DNA from: an uncultured Cytophagales bacterium
GTDB lineage: Bacteria > Bacteroidota > Bacteroidia > Cytophagales > Spirosomataceae
Reading direction: 5' to 3'
Assembly (NCBI GenBank): GCA_964626405.1
Contig: CAZVFE010000001.1
Span: 1 to 58,206, forward strand
Length of the DNA: 58,206 nt
Part shown: piece by piece, positions 17,033 through 26,401 of the stretch
How the letters are laid out: each line of letters begins with the position of its first letter
How positions within the stretch are numbered: the first letter of the stretch is position 1
The notes under the pieces: model-generated
The model's database searches: none
What the model was told of the DNA's origin: nothing
Seen by the model: the letters and a program-made list of their open reading frames with translations, nothing else
Position numbers and translations under genes: made by a program

Positions 17033-18919
17033 ATGTCCCCTATTCTGGTTTTAGTATTATTACCTTTAATTGGATTTATAATTAATGGAATTGCTTATCC
17101 AAGACTTTCAAACAGTATTTCCGCTGTAATTGGACTAGCCGGCCCTGTAATTGGGTTCATTATTTCTGTATTTTTATTTCAAAATCCATCAGATTATTCC
17201 CAAGAAATTGAATTACTTCCTTGGATTCAAATTGGAGATTTGTCCATCCCTTTAAGTCTGGCCATAGATCCACTCTCAATCATGATGCTCTTAATCATCA
17301 CAGGAGTTGGTTCTTTAATCCACCTTTATTCAATTGGATATATGTCGCATGATAAAGGATTTGGAAAGTTTTTCGCTTTCTTAAATCTTTTTATCTTTTT
17401 CATGCTTCTACTTGTTTTAGGGGCAAATTTCGTAGTATTATTCATTGGTTGGGAGGGCGTAGGATTGTGCTCGTATTTGTTGATCGGTTTTTGGAATAAG
17501 AAAAATAGTTTTGGAGATGCAGCGAGAAAAGCCTTCATCATGAATAGAATTGGTGACCTTGGCTTTTTAATAGGAATCTTTTTAATCTTTCAAGTTTTCG
17601 GTACTGCCAATTTTAAAGAAATCCTAGCATCTATTGAATCTAATTCAGTAGAGACATCATTATTCCCTGCAATTGCTTTCTGTTTATTCATTGGAGCAAT
17701 GGGAAAATCAGCTCAAATACCACTTTTCACGTGGTTACCAGATGCAATGGCAGGACCAACACCTGTATCCGCATTAATCCACGCTGCAACAATGGTTACT
17801 GCTGGAATTTATATGGTAATCAGAGCGAATGCAATTTTTGAACTAAGTCCTGAGGTTCTAGACTTTATTGGATGGATTGGTTTAGCTACTGCACTTTTAG
17901 GAGCAATTATCGGACTTTTACAAAACGACATTAAAAAGGTTTTAGCTTATTCTACTGTATCCCAATTAGGTTATATGTTTATTGGCTTAGGATCCTCAGC
18001 ATATACTGCATCCTTTTTTCATGTAATGACGCATGCTTTTTTTAAAGCCCTACTATTTTTGGGTGCAGGGTCAGTGATCCATGCCATGTCAGACGAACAA
18101 GATATTCGTAAAATGGGTGGATTATCGAAAAAATTACCTATCACCTTTATTACTTTCCTGATTGCAACAATCGCAATTTCTGGAATTCCTCCATTTGCTG
18201 GATTCTTCTCAAAAGATGAAATCTTGGCTTCTGTATATCATCATAATTTAGCCATTTGGTGGTTAGCAATTATTGGTTCGGGCCTTACTTCCTTTTATAT
18301 GTTTAGGGTTCTCATCATTACCTTTTTTGGTGAATTTAGAGGGACTGAAAACCAAAAACATCATTTACATGAATCCCCATTACTAATGACAATCCCACTT
18401 ATGATTTTAGCAGTATTGTCTATGGGAGGAGGATTAATCAATATCCCTCATTTCTTCGGAGGAAATGAATTTTTGGCAGGATGGCTAAGCCCTATACTTC
18501 CAATTCATGTAGAAACAGTAAGCGAATTTCATTTATTCTCTTTAGAAGCATCCGCACCAATTTTAGCAGGTTTACTACCTGCCGCTTTGGCAATTTATAT
18601 TTATGGAATTAAAAAATATGTTCCTAAAGAGGATAATCAGATTGAAGGAATAAATAAAATAGTTTATAATAAGTTTTATATTGATGAAGCTTACGAATTA
18701 TTATTTCAAAGACCAATCCGTTTCTTATCAGGTTTTTTCGCCCAATTTATCGATTTCCTAGTTATCGATTTAATAGTTGAAGGAACTGGAAGGGTTTCAG
18801 AAAAACTATCTTTAGAATTGAAAAAGATTCAAACAGGTAATGTTGGATATTATATTTTCTTCATGACCATTTCAATAGCATTAATAATTTTATTGAGTAT
18901 AGGATCTCAAATTATTTAA
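17033..18919 (+). CDS. nuoL: NADH-quinone oxidoreductase subunit L.
   Basis: 628 aa. Antiporter-like core WEGVGLCSYLLIGFW, GKSAQIPLFTWLPDAMAGPTPVSALIHAATMVTAG and FHVMTHAFFKALLFLGAGSVIH, plus a C-terminal lateral-helix region. Confidence 0.92.
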   Translation: MSPILVLVLLPLIGFIINGIAYPRLSNSISAVIGLAGPVIGFIISVFLFQNPSDYSQEIELLPWIQIGDLSIPLSLAIDPLSIMMLLIITGVGSLIHLYSIGYMSHDKGFGKFFAFLNLFIFFMLLLVLGANFVVLFIGWEGVGLCSYLLIGFWNKKNSFGDAARKAFIMNRIGDLGFLIGIFLIFQVFGTANFKEILASIESNSVETSLFPAIAFCLFIGAMGKSAQIPLFTWLPDAMAGPTPVSALIHAATMVTAGIYMVIRANAIFELSPEVLDFIGWIGLATALLGAIIGLLQNDIKKVLAYSTVSQLGYMFIGLGSSAYTASFFHVMTHAFFKALLFLGAGSVIHAMSDEQDIRKMGGLSKKLPITFITFLIATIAISGIPPFAGFFSKDEILASVYHHNLAIWWLAIIGSGLTSFYMFRVLIITFFGEFRGTENQKHHLHESPLLMTIPLMILAVLSMGGGLINIPHFFGGNEFLAGWLSPILPIHVETVSEFHLFSLEASAPILAGLLPAALAIYIYGIKKYVPKEDNQIEGINKIVYNKFYIDEAYELLFQRPIRFLSGFFAQFIDFLVIDLIVEGTGRVSEKLSLELKKIQTGNVGYYIFFMTISIALIILLSIGSQII

Positions 18920-18930
18920 AAAATTAAGGT

Positions 18931-20343
18931 ATGTCATTACTCTTATTACTTATAATACCAATAATATTAGGATTAGGTTTAATCAGTTTTAAACCTGAAA
19001 AATCCTCCCAAATTGGCGTCATTGGATCTCTTATCCAACTGGGATTAGCAATATATTTTTTATATGGAAATAAAAATTCTGAAGGTTTAGATTGGAACTG
19101 GATTCCTGATGCAGGTATCCGCTTCAAACTCCTATTAGATGATATTAACTCCCCATTAGTATTATTGTCTACTATCATCTTCCCATTTATCTTAGGCACT
19201 ATTTGTAATACAGATAAAGGAAATGATGGAAAATATGTTGGACTACTTTCTATCATGCAAGGTTTGATGGTAGGGGCCTTTCTAGCTCAAGATGCATTTT
19301 TATTTTATTTCTTTTTTGAAGCTGCTCTAATTCCAATTTATTTTATAATTACCCAATACGGAGAAGGAAATAGAAATAAAATAGCGACAAAATTTTTTGT
19401 ATATACCCTATTCGGTTCCCTTTTCTTGTTAATTGGATTAATTTATATTTACCTAAGAGGTTCAGGATTGAAACCTTCTGCAGATTTTCAATATTTATAC
19501 GAAACTGCATCAAAATTAAATCCAAAAGAACAAAATTTATTATTATTTGCTTTCTTCATAGCATTTGCAATCAAAATGCCAATGTTCCCTTTTCATACTT
19601 GGCAACCTGATACCTATACGAGTGCCCCTGCTCAAGGGACTATGATGCTTTCAGGTATCATGCTAAAAATGGGAACCTATGGAGTAATTAAAATGATTCT
19701 ACCAATGTTTGGTCCAGCACTTGAAAATTATGGGAATATCTTAATTATTCTTTCCATAGTTGGAGTAGTTTATGGCTCAATAATTGCCATTCAACAAACA
19801 GATGCAAAAAGAATTTTAGCCTATTCCTCTTTTGCCCACGTAGGACTTATCTCTGCTGGAATGTTGACACAAGGTCAAGAGGCCATACAAGGAGCCATTT
19901 ATCAAATGGTTTCACATGGAATAAATGTAGTAGGATTATTTTTTGTGATTGATATCATTGAAAGAAGAACAAAAACAAGAAATATCTTCCAGTTAGGAGG
20001 AATTACCCAATATTCCTATATACTTTCCGTTGGATTTATCATTTTGAGCCTTGGGTCTGTTGGTCTTCCCCTTACCAATGGATTTATAGGAGAATTTATC
20101 TTATTGAAAAATATTTTCAATTATTCGAATTGGATGGGAATACTTGCGGGTCTTACCATCATTTTAGGCGCAGTCTATACGTTGAGATTAATCCAAAAAT
20201 CTATTTTTGGAAATGAATCTAAATTAACCACCAATTTCCAAGATTTAAGTTACCAAGAAAAAATAGTTTTGGTTTCATTAAGCATCTTTGTAATTATTGG
20301 TGGTATAATTCCTTCATTAATATTTCAACTAATAAATATTTAA
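18931..20343 (+). CDS. nuoM: NADH-quinone oxidoreductase subunit M.
   Basis: FFFEAALIPIYFII, AIKMPMFPFHTWQPDTYTSAPAQGTMMLSGIMLKMGTYG and LAYSSFAHVG. Confidence 0.9.
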   Translation: MSLLLLLIIPIILGLGLISFKPEKSSQIGVIGSLIQLGLAIYFLYGNKNSEGLDWNWIPDAGIRFKLLLDDINSPLVLLSTIIFPFILGTICNTDKGNDGKYVGLLSIMQGLMVGAFLAQDAFLFYFFFEAALIPIYFIITQYGEGNRNKIATKFFVYTLFGSLFLLIGLIYIYLRGSGLKPSADFQYLYETASKLNPKEQNLLLFAFFIAFAIKMPMFPFHTWQPDTYTSAPAQGTMMLSGIMLKMGTYGVIKMILPMFGPALENYGNILIILSIVGVVYGSIIAIQQTDAKRILAYSSFAHVGLISAGMLTQGQEAIQGAIYQMVSHGINVVGLFFVIDIIERRTKTRNIFQLGGITQYSYILSVGFIILSLGSVGLPLTNGFIGEFILLKNIFNYSNWMGILAGLTIILGAVYTLRLIQKSIFGNESKLTTNFQDLSYQEKIVLVSLSIFVIIGGIIPSLIFQLINI

Positions 20344-20362
20344 CAGTTTAATTGATTTTAAA

Positions 20363-21760
20363 ATGTATTCAATTTTAGCATTATCACTTTTTGGAATATT
20401 AAATTTGTTTTTAGGTTTCTATTCAAATAAAAAAACCTTACAAACTATTAATCAATTATTCTTAATTATCACCATGGGCCTTACCATGATGGACTGGAAC
20501 CATGAATACCTTTGGTTTGGAGACTTAATTAAAACCAATAATTTAAGTATTAATTTCAGTGTTATCATTCAATTAGCAGCTCTATTGGTAATTTCATTCT
20601 CAAATGGATTTGGATACGACGATATTTATTCACAGCCAGCTGAATATTATGCCTTAATGCTTTTCTCTTTAGTTGGAGGTATTCTAATGGTTACTTTTAC
20701 TCATTTTATTAGCTTCTTCGTCGGCCTAGAAATACTTTCAGTTGCCATGTATATTCTTACAGGTTCAGATAAAAGAAATCTTAGATCCAATGAAGCTGCC
20801 CTAAAATATTTCCTAATGGGTGCATTTGCAACTGGTATTCTCCTTTTTGGTATTGCACTTGTCTATGGAGTAACTCATACTTTTTATATCGAATCAACTG
20901 CTTCTGCTTTAGCAAATCTTGCTCCAGAATCTAGACCAATATTCTTGTATGTTGGCTTAGCCCTAGTTACAGTCGGACTGCTTTTTAAAGTTTCTGCAGC
21001 TCCATTTCACTTCTGGACACCAGACGTCTATCAAGGTGCTCCTACAATTTTTACAATGTTTATGTCAACAGTTGTAAAAACAGTAGGTTTCGCAGCTTTA
21101 TACAAAATTCTCCACACAGCATTCGGACCGATTGAAAAAGAATGGTTAGTGCCAGTATATTATGTTTCCATGATTACTCTGATTATTGCCAATTTTACAG
21201 CATTATTTCAAACGAATATAAAAAGAATGCTGGCCTATTCAAGTATATCACATGCAGGGTATATTTTACTAACAATAATTTCTACACAAAAATCTACCAA
21301 TGCTAGTATTTTATACTATTCATTAGTTTATACTTTAGCTACTATTACAGCCTTTGGTGTTTTTAAAGTAGTTTCAGAATATTTAACTGGAAGAACTGAT
21401 CGTTCAGAGGATTTGGAAGGTTTTAAAGGTTTGGCTAAAAATAATCCATTATTGGCAATTAGCTTCTCCATCGCTTTAATTTCTCTTGCAGGTATCCCAC
21501 TAACTGCTGGCTTTTGGGGTAAATTTTACGTATTCAGAGATTTATTCAATAGAGATATTTTATATCCGGTAATTGTCGGAATAATCACTTCATGTGTCGG
21601 AATTTTCTATTATTTCAAACCTATACTTTCAGTTTATAGCTCAGAAAAAGAAATAGAAAAAATTGAAATTCCCTTTTCAATAAAAATTACTTTGATTTTA
21701 ACAACCATTTTTACTATTTTACTAGGACTTTATCCAACCTTAGCAAAACAGTTATTCTAA
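20363..21760 (+). CDS. nuoN: NADH-quinone oxidoreductase subunit N.
   Basis: GLEILSVAMYIL, LKYFLMGAFATG, FKVSAAPFHFWTPDVYQGAPT and MLAYSSISHAGY. Confidence 0.9.
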   Translation: MYSILALSLFGILNLFLGFYSNKKTLQTINQLFLIITMGLTMMDWNHEYLWFGDLIKTNNLSINFSVIIQLAALLVISFSNGFGYDDIYSQPAEYYALMLFSLVGGILMVTFTHFISFFVGLEILSVAMYILTGSDKRNLRSNEAALKYFLMGAFATGILLFGIALVYGVTHTFYIESTASALANLAPESRPIFLYVGLALVTVGLLFKVSAAPFHFWTPDVYQGAPTIFTMFMSTVVKTVGFAALYKILHTAFGPIEKEWLVPVYYVSMITLIIANFTALFQTNIKRMLAYSSISHAGYILLTIISTQKSTNASILYYSLVYTLATITAFGVFKVVSEYLTGRTDRSEDLEGFKGLAKNNPLLAISFSIALISLAGIPLTAGFWGKFYVFRDLFNRDILYPVIVGIITSCVGIFYYFKPILSVYSSEKEIEKIEIPFSIKITLILTTIFTILLGLYPTLAKQLF

Positions 21761-21764
21761 TAAA

Positions 21765-22262
21765 TTGGCTATAAAACTCAAAAGTATTTTTAATAAGAAA
21801 GATTTAATTTCTTATTTCTTAGTGGCAGGTTCTGGTGCCATAGTTCAAATTATTTCTGGGGCAATACTTAAAGATTGGTTCAATTTAAGCTATACCAATA
21901 CCGTGGCCTTGGGTTATATTGTAGCATTTTTTTACGGATTTTCCCTAACAAAATTATTCGCATTTGGAATTAGATATTCAAGAAGAACTACCAGGGAAAT
22001 TTTTAAATTTATATTAGTTTCAATCGGTTCATTTTTTATTACCGTTTATATAAGCCTTCTAACTTATACAATTTTAAATTCCTATGGAGAGGATTTTTAT
22101 TATCGAATCCCTTTTGCAGTAAAAGAAATAAATTTGAGCCAATTATTCTCAACACTTACAGGAATGGGTTTAAGTTTTTTATTCAATTTTATTATGCATA
22201 AAACATTCACTTTTAAAGAAAGTGGATTCTATGAAAAGCTTAAAAAACTCTTAGAATTATAG
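21765..22262 (+). CDS. GtrA-like family membrane protein.
   Basis: Four predicted TM segments. The N-terminal LVAGSGAIVQIISGAIL and C-terminal FLFNFIMHKTFTFKE are typical GtrA signatures. A TTG start lies 4 nt after the nuoN stop. Confidence 0.6.
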   Translation: MAIKLKSIFNKKDLISYFLVAGSGAIVQIISGAILKDWFNLSYTNTVALGYIVAFFYGFSLTKLFAFGIRYSRRTTREIFKFILVSIGSFFITVYISLLTYTILNSYGEDFYYRIPFAVKEINLSQLFSTLTGMGLSFLFNFIMHKTFTFKESGFYEKLKKLLEL

Positions 22263-22322
22263 GAAATTTTTCAACTTCTTAAAATTTTCTTAAAAAAATT
22301 TGGAGCATATAATATTTTATTC

Positions 22323-22330
22323 TAAATTTG
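22323..22330 (+). promoter_or_regulatory. Sigma-A -7 box candidate (TAAATTTG) upstream of the small acidic lipoprotein gene.
   Basis: Exact TAnnTTTG match, 27 nt upstream of the ATG at 22358. Confidence 0.5.
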
Positions 22331-22357
22331 AGCTTCAAATCTTAAATTTTTATTAAA

Positions 22358-22549
22358 ATGAAAAAGGTATTCGCATTATTATTTGTTACTGGAATGATGG
22401 CTTTAGCATCATGTGGTGGTGAGCAAGCTGCTGAAGAAGCACCAGCTACTGAAGAAGTTGCTGTTGAGTCTATGGAAGCTGATACTACTATGGCTGACAC
22501 TACTATGGCTGAAGAAGCTCCAGCTGCTGAAGAAGCTGCTGCTGAGTAA
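22358..22549 (+). CDS. Small (63 aa) acidic Ala/Glu/Thr-rich lipoprotein, predicted to be disordered.
   Basis: Lipoprotein signal MKKVFALLFVTGMMALAS-C (lipobox LASC). The mature part is EQAAEEAPATEEVAVESMEADTTMADTTMAEEAPAAEEAAAE. The gene is flanked by a promoter box and a strong intrinsic terminator. Confidence 0.7.
   Translation: MKKVFALLFVTGMMALASCGGEQAAEEAPATEEVAVESMEADTTMADTTMAEEAPAAEEAAAE
22430..22546 (+). repeat. Internal coding repeats: two 39-nt copies (22430-22468 and 22508-22546, 4 mismatches) flanking a 15-nt tandem duplication (22478-22492 and 22493-22507).
   Basis: Read directly. GCTGAAGAAGCACCAGCTACTGAAGAAGTTGCTGTTGAG versus GCTGAAGAAGCTCCAGCTGCTGAAGAAGCTGCTGCTGAG. GCTGATACTACTATG is followed directly by GCTGACACTACTATG. 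Confidence 0.9.
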
Positions 22550-22571
22550 TTCTAGCTCAAAAGAAATTAAG

Positions 22572-22601
22572 AGTCCTTCTCAAGAGAAGGACTTTTTTTT
22601 T
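22572..22601 (+). terminator. Rho-independent terminator.
   Basis: AGTCCTTCTC (22572-22581) and GAGAAGGACT (22584-22593) are exact reverse complements and are followed by a T9 run. This is the clearest intrinsic terminator in the window. Confidence 0.85.
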
Positions 22602-22614
22602 ATATCTTCGGGAA

Positions 22615-23244
22615 ATGAAAGGAAAGCAAAAAATTCAATCATTTCTAGACCATTTCCCCCAGGAAGTCGCAGAATATTGTTTTGACCTCTGGAATGATAA
22701 TAATTTTGAACTTTATTTAAGTAAATCTCGAAACTCAAAATTAGGCGACTTTTGTATCAAGAAAAATGAGCCATTAAGAATTACCCTAAATCACGACCTC
22801 CCTCCTTACCAATTTTTGATTACCTATATTCATGAGGTTGCACATTATATCACCTATACCAAAATAAAAACCTTAAGAAATCCGCATGGAAAAGAATGGA
22901 AGAATACCTTTAGAGAATTATTCGAACCTATATTAGAGGAATCTCTCCTACCTGGAGAATTAATAATTGAACTAAAAAAATATTTGAAAAATCCTGCTGC
23001 CACCAGTTATGGCCATGAAGGTCTAAAAAAAGTTCTAAAAAAATTAGAAGGAAATTCTTCTATTATTACTCTCGAAGAAATTGATAATAATTCTTTATTT
23101 CGAATTAAAAACTTAATTTTAATTAAAGGAGAATTAAGAAGAACAAGATATCTTTGTAAAGATGCCAATTCAAACAAAAAATTCTTGGTTTCAAAATTTG
23201 CTGAAATTATCCCATTGGAAAATTTTGGGAATATTATTCCTTAA
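22615..23244 (+). CDS. SprT-like domain zinc metallopeptidase (HExxH). This is not the gliding protein SprT/PorT.
   Basis: HEVAH at aa 73-77 (nt 22831-22845) in the context FLITYIHEVAHYITY, followed by NPHGKEWK. The size and layout fit SprT-like/DUF45-type minimal metallopeptidases. Confidence 0.6.
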   Translation: MKGKQKIQSFLDHFPQEVAEYCFDLWNDNNFELYLSKSRNSKLGDFCIKKNEPLRITLNHDLPPYQFLITYIHEVAHYITYTKIKTLRNPHGKEWKNTFRELFEPILEESLLPGELIIELKKYLKNPAATSYGHEGLKKVLKKLEGNSSIITLEEIDNNSLFRIKNLILIKGELRRTRYLCKDANSNKKFLVSKFAEIIPLENFGNIIP

Positions 23245-26200
23245 TTTATTTATAATTCAACAGATTTTTCCTCAAAATTTCCAAGACGGATATTGGTATA
23301 AAATAAAAATTCCAAATAGAGGCATTTACAAAATTGATGGAGAATTTTTAAGGAAAAATGGCATAAACTTATCCCAATTTAATCCGAAGGAATTCGCAAT
23401 TTATGCATACGATGACCCATTAAATGAAAAAATAAATATTGCAACCTTTCAGAGCAAACCTAAAAAGGTTTCAATTTATTCTGAGAGTGAAATATCCTCT
23501 ACTTGGACTGACCAAACTAGTTTTATCTTTTTTGCTGAAAATTCATACGGAAGATTTTTTAATAATGAATCAGGCAATTGGGATTTCCATCGCCATGCAT
23601 TTCAAGAATTCAATTATTATTTCATTCATTTAAAAGATGATTCACCACAATATATCCAGGAACAAAGCCCAACAAATACGCAAACTAATTCTATAGAATT
23701 TTATGGATTAGATGATTTATATTTTGAAAATATTAATATTGTAAGATCGGGAAGAAAATGGCTAGGAACATCCATTACCAATTCCGATAATAAAAAATTA
23801 TCCTATAGCCTGCCAGGCTTAAATACGAATTCCCCTATCCAAATCAATGGTGAATTAGCAAATGGTTCAATTTACCCAGCAACTGTTAATTTAGTCAATG
23901 GCAATTCGATTATTAAAACAAATTTAGATAAAATTAATTCTGGCAGATATGAAATCAAGGCCATTACAAAAAGTTTTTCAGGCGAATTTATACCTGTATT
24001 AAATAATGAAAAATTAGAAATCGGCATTCAATATGAGGCTGAAGGGGGAACGGGATATCTAAACGAAATACACCTAAAATACGATAAAAAACCTGCTTTT
24101 TCTGATAATTTTGAGATATTCTATTCGAAAAATTCATCCTTAAATTCAATAGATAAAAATACCTTTAAAAGCCAAACTAATCAGATTATTTTCATTCAGG
24201 ATACTAATTCAACTATTCAAATATTAACCAATTCAATTTGGGAAATACCTGCAAAATCAAGAATTTTGGCCGCCAACAAAACAATATTGCCCAAACCAGA
24301 AAATTTAATTCCAGCAAATTTTATCCAATATAATAAACATCAAAATTCAAGCCTCATTATCATCGGTTCGGAAAATCTTAAGGAATCGATGACCCTCTAT
24401 AAAAACTATAAAACTGAACAATTACCAAGCTCTATAGAATACCTTGAAAATATTTATAATAATTATTCAGGAGGTAAAATAGACCCAATTGCTATTAGAA
24501 ATTTTTTATATGATTTAAAAAATTCACAAAATTTCCCATTAAAATATGTTCTACTATTTGGAGATGCTACATGGGATTTTAAAAATTTATTAGAATTTGA
24601 ATCAGAAGAAAGACTCAATAATTATATCCCTACATTTGAGAGTAAGGAATCATTTGCTCCATTAAGCAGTTTTGCATCGGATGATTTTTTTGGAATTACA
24701 AATACTGAAGCAACCGGTTTTGAAGAAAATAATTCAATTCTTTATAATTTAGAATTAGCAATAGGAAGAGTAACTGTTGCTACTAATTCTGAATTAATTA
24801 CGTATTTAAATAAGGTGAAAAAATATGATGAAAACCTAAAAAAATTAAAAATCCCAAATATAAGTTTGGTGGCAGATAATGGAGATTACGGAATTCATTT
24901 AATCGATGCAGAAAGTTTCGGAGAAAAAATCCTTAAAAATTCCCCAATAAAATTATCTAAAATTTATTTAGACAATTTTCCCTTAGAACAAAAAAATGGA
25001 ATTGATGTATCCCCACAGGCAGAAGAAGAATTAAAAAATAAATTTTATTCTAATACGAATTTAATACACTATATCGGTCATGGATCAGTCAATGGCTGGA
25101 CGGATGAGAAAATATTTACAACTAACAGTATTTTGGCTTTAAAAAATTCAAATCAATTACCCATATTATTTACTGCAACCTGTGATTTTACAAAATTTGA
25201 TGATCCTTATGAAATTTCAGGCGGGGAATTAGGATTATTATCCTCAACAGGAGGTTGGCCAGCCATAATTTCAACCACAAGACCTGTTTTTCAATATAGT
25301 AATTATTTATTCGGATTGAATTTCTATGATGCTTTAATCGAAAACCAGTCCACCGATAATTACTTATTAGGCGACTTATTTAAAGACACAAAAAATAAAG
25401 CTGGAAATAAGTTATCCAATAGAAATATAAGTTTGTTGGGCGACCCTACCCTTCAATTACCTTGGAATTTTAAAGAAATAGAATATTCCCTCGTAGAAAA
25501 TTCTGGTTCATTAAACATCAAACTTAATGAAGCTATCCAAGAAGAATACCTTGAAATTGCGTCCGAAGAAGAAACTAATAAAACCTTAAATAATCAGCAA
25601 ATTTATTTGGAGGACACTAAAGTAGAACAACAAATAAAGGCCGATAAAATAGGCAATTCTCTTGATTATTCAATCAAAATCCCAAATAACGATATTCAAA
25701 ATAATAAGCATATATTTTGGGCAGGCAGAAATTTTGAAGGAAAAAAGATTTATTTAGAAAATCTAATTTCAACAAAAAATCTAAAGCAAGATGACTCAAA
25801 TATTTCTCCGAATTATATTTTTGAACATCTAAAATATTTTCCTAAATCAAATGATACTTTAAAAATTACCCTTGAAAATATTTCCCCAATATTGTATTTT
25901 GATACCTGGGCAAGTGTTCAAATAAATGATAGTCTTAATTATAAATTAGGGGAATATTTCGTACAAAACGAATCAAATAAAAATCAAAAAATTTATAAAT
26001 TCCCTTTACCATATAACTTAAAAACTATAGAAGGAAAATTAATTTTTTGGGGCAATAATTTAGAAAGTATTACCAAAAATTTCAATTTTAAAGTTTCTGG
26101 AGAAATTTCAGAAAATCAAATTATCCTTTATCCGAACCCTGTAGGAATTGGGCAAAATTTTTCAATACAAAAATTAAATGAACAAAATTTTTCAGAAAAA

Positions 26201-26401
26201 AGAATTAATTTCGATATCTTTAATATCAATGGAAAGATTATTTACTCCATGAGAAATAAATTATTAGAAAATAATTATATAGAATTTTCGTTAGATACTA
26301 CTATACAACCTGGAGTATATATAATTAAGGGATATATTTTTGATGAAAAAGAAAATAGCACTTTTAAATTCAATGAAAAATTAATAATAAAAATACCATA
26401 A
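23162..26401 (+). CDS. porU: Type IX secretion system sortase PorU (C25/gingipain-like cysteine peptidase).
   Basis: Signal-like N-terminus. Gingipain-type dyad HYIGHGSVNGW (His640, nt 25079-25081) and LFTATCDF (Cys674, nt 25181-25183). C-terminal T9SS CTD-like ILYPNPVGIGQNFSI...GVYIIKG...KLIIKIP. It sits immediately upstream of porV. The N-terminus overlaps the SprT-like gene by up to 83 nt, and the alternative TTG at 23198 still overlaps. Confidence 0.85.
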   Translation: MPIQTKNSWFQNLLKLSHWKILGILFLNLFIIQQIFPQNFQDGYWYKIKIPNRGIYKIDGEFLRKNGINLSQFNPKEFAIYAYDDPLNEKINIATFQSKPKKVSIYSESEISSTWTDQTSFIFFAENSYGRFFNNESGNWDFHRHAFQEFNYYFIHLKDDSPQYIQEQSPTNTQTNSIEFYGLDDLYFENINIVRSGRKWLGTSITNSDNKKLSYSLPGLNTNSPIQINGELANGSIYPATVNLVNGNSIIKTNLDKINSGRYEIKAITKSFSGEFIPVLNNEKLEIGIQYEAEGGTGYLNEIHLKYDKKPAFSDNFEIFYSKNSSLNSIDKNTFKSQTNQIIFIQDTNSTIQILTNSIWEIPAKSRILAANKTILPKPENLIPANFIQYNKHQNSSLIIIGSENLKESMTLYKNYKTEQLPSSIEYLENIYNNYSGGKIDPIAIRNFLYDLKNSQNFPLKYVLLFGDATWDFKNLLEFESEERLNNYIPTFESKESFAPLSSFASDDFFGITNTEATGFEENNSILYNLELAIGRVTVATNSELITYLNKVKKYDENLKKLKIPNISLVADNGDYGIHLIDAESFGEKILKNSPIKLSKIYLDNFPLEQKNGIDVSPQAEEELKNKFYSNTNLIHYIGHGSVNGWTDEKIFTTNSILALKNSNQLPILFTATCDFTKFDDPYEISGGELGLLSSTGGWPAIISTTRPVFQYSNYLFGLNFYDALIENQSTDNYLLGDLFKDTKNKAGNKLSNRNISLLGDPTLQLPWNFKEIEYSLVENSGSLNIKLNEAIQEEYLEIASEEETNKTLNNQQIYLEDTKVEQQIKADKIGNSLDYSIKIPNNDIQNNKHIFWAGRNFEGKKIYLENLISTKNLKQDDSNISPNYIFEHLKYFPKSNDTLKITLENISPILYFDTWASVQINDSLNYKLGEYFVQNESNKNQKIYKFPLPYNLKTIEGKLIFWGNNLESITKNFNFKVSGEISENQIILYPNPVGIGQNFSIQKLNEQNFSEKRINFDIFNINGKIIYSMRNKLLENNYIEFSLDTTIQPGVYIIKGYIFDEKENSTFKFNEKLIIKIP

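Noticed and set aside
18924-19256. An antisense 110-aa ORF inside nuoM. Similar antisense or alternative-frame ORFs occur at 386-670, 1968-2219, 2497-2739, 33292-33552, 43817-44196, 56162-56542 and 57586-57909.
   Set aside because: All lie entirely within strongly supported genes on the other strand or frame. They have no recognisable motifs, so they are typical shadow ORFs.
22413-22685. A 90-aa alternative-frame ORF overlapping the acidic lipoprotein gene. It encodes a strikingly amphipathic Leu/Lys peptide (LLKKHQLLKKLLLSLWKLILLWL...).
   Set aside because: It is a frame-shifted reading of the GCTGAAGAA repeats (CTG AAG AAG gives LKK). It runs straight through the intrinsic terminator hairpin into the next gene's start and has no promoter or independent support. 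It is almost certainly a shadow ORF.
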